This document shows positions 63,675 through 64,000 of a stretch of DNA of 64,000 nt, one piece after another. The position numbers and the translations under genes were made by a program. The notes beneath the pieces are model-generated. The model searched no databases, had not been told where the DNA came from, and saw nothing but the letters and a program-made list of their open reading frames with translations. How positions within the stretch are numbered: position 1 is the first letter of the stretch; each line of letters begins with the position of its first letter. This DNA comes from a virus (Duplodnaviria > Caudoviricetes), in the IMG/VR virus record IMGVR_UViG_3300049144_000095, positions 64,001 through 128,000 of that record. One strand, 5' to 3'.

Positions 63675-64000
63675 GTGCACCTCAGCAAGAAGCTGGCATC
63701 CGACATCCTCACTGGCCTGATGAACGGCACGTACGAGGCGGAGGCGGACGAACCCGCCCTGGGCGGCGAGGACTTCCAGGACTGGATCAACGAAATCGCC
63801 GACCTCAAGGACGAACACGGTCCGGACATGGTCGTGGCGCTGGCCGAGTTCGCCGAGAGCTGGCTGCACACCGTCATCCGGTCCCACGAGGTCGACGACT
63901 TCGCCGAGCAGCACTTCAAGGGATCCGGCCACTCCAAGGGCGAGGTGCTGAAGAACTACGCCAGGCAGGACGACTTCGGCCTGGGCAAGCTCTGGGCCAT
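63675..64000 (+). CDS. Acidic protein, possible ArdA-like antirestriction protein (truncated by window end)
   Basis: ACGGAAAGAGAG leader; WINEIADL.DEHG...DDFAEQHFKGSGHSKGEVLKNYA resembles ArdA F.E.Y.G...S..DFA..Y core. Confidence 0.4.
   Translation, partial: MHLSKKLASDILTGLMNGTYEAEADEPALGGEDFQDWINEIADLKDEHGPDMVVALAEFAESWLHTVIRSHEVDDFAEQHFKGSGHSKGEVLKNYARQDDFGLGKLWA

Larger units (their letters stand above)
1..64000. mobile_element. Segment of a large actinomycete temperate phage / prophage / phage-plasmid
   Basis: Dense small unknown ORFs, tyrosine recombinase, ThyX, terminase-small-like gene, divergent arms, no housekeeping operons; structural genes absent so phage vs plasmid not resolved. 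Confidence 0.7.

Noticed and set aside
1-64000. Virion structural, lysis or replisome genes
   Set aside because: No capsid, portal, tail, endolysin, polymerase, primase or helicase motifs recognised

Overview
GC-rich actinomycete (Streptomyces-like: TAGRRT -10 boxes, GAAAGGAG Shine-Dalgarno, CTAG rare) mobile DNA, most consistent with the non-structural part of a large temperate phage, prophage or phage-plasmid. No capsid, tail, rRNA, tRNA or CRISPR features were found. The window has three zones. (1) A left arm (1-31.2 kb) of mostly minus-strand accessory genes: tyrosine recombinase, ThyX, PadR, an EspR-like HTH plus membrane protein pair, orphan HicB, a protealysin-type M4 protease, a methyltransferase, RAMA-domain and J-domain proteins, a possible small terminase, and a 606-aa coiled-coil protein with a RelE-like tail. 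(2) A ~2.8 kb non-coding hub (31.2-33.9 kb) where the strands diverge, containing iteron-like repeats. (3) A ~30 kb array of about 75 co-oriented small genes typical of an early/host-takeover region, ending in a possible ArdA-like gene cut by the window edge. Two cis-acting systems stand out. One is a family of at least 16 intergenic hairpins with variable stems but conserved bases (TTCGGG-stem-loop-CCAGTG/CCCGTG/GACGTG) that punctuate the array like gene cassettes. The other is an 11-copy palindrome YGRCCTAGGYCR that overlaps sigma70-type promoters on both arms. All protein family calls are by motif recognition only; no database searches were run.
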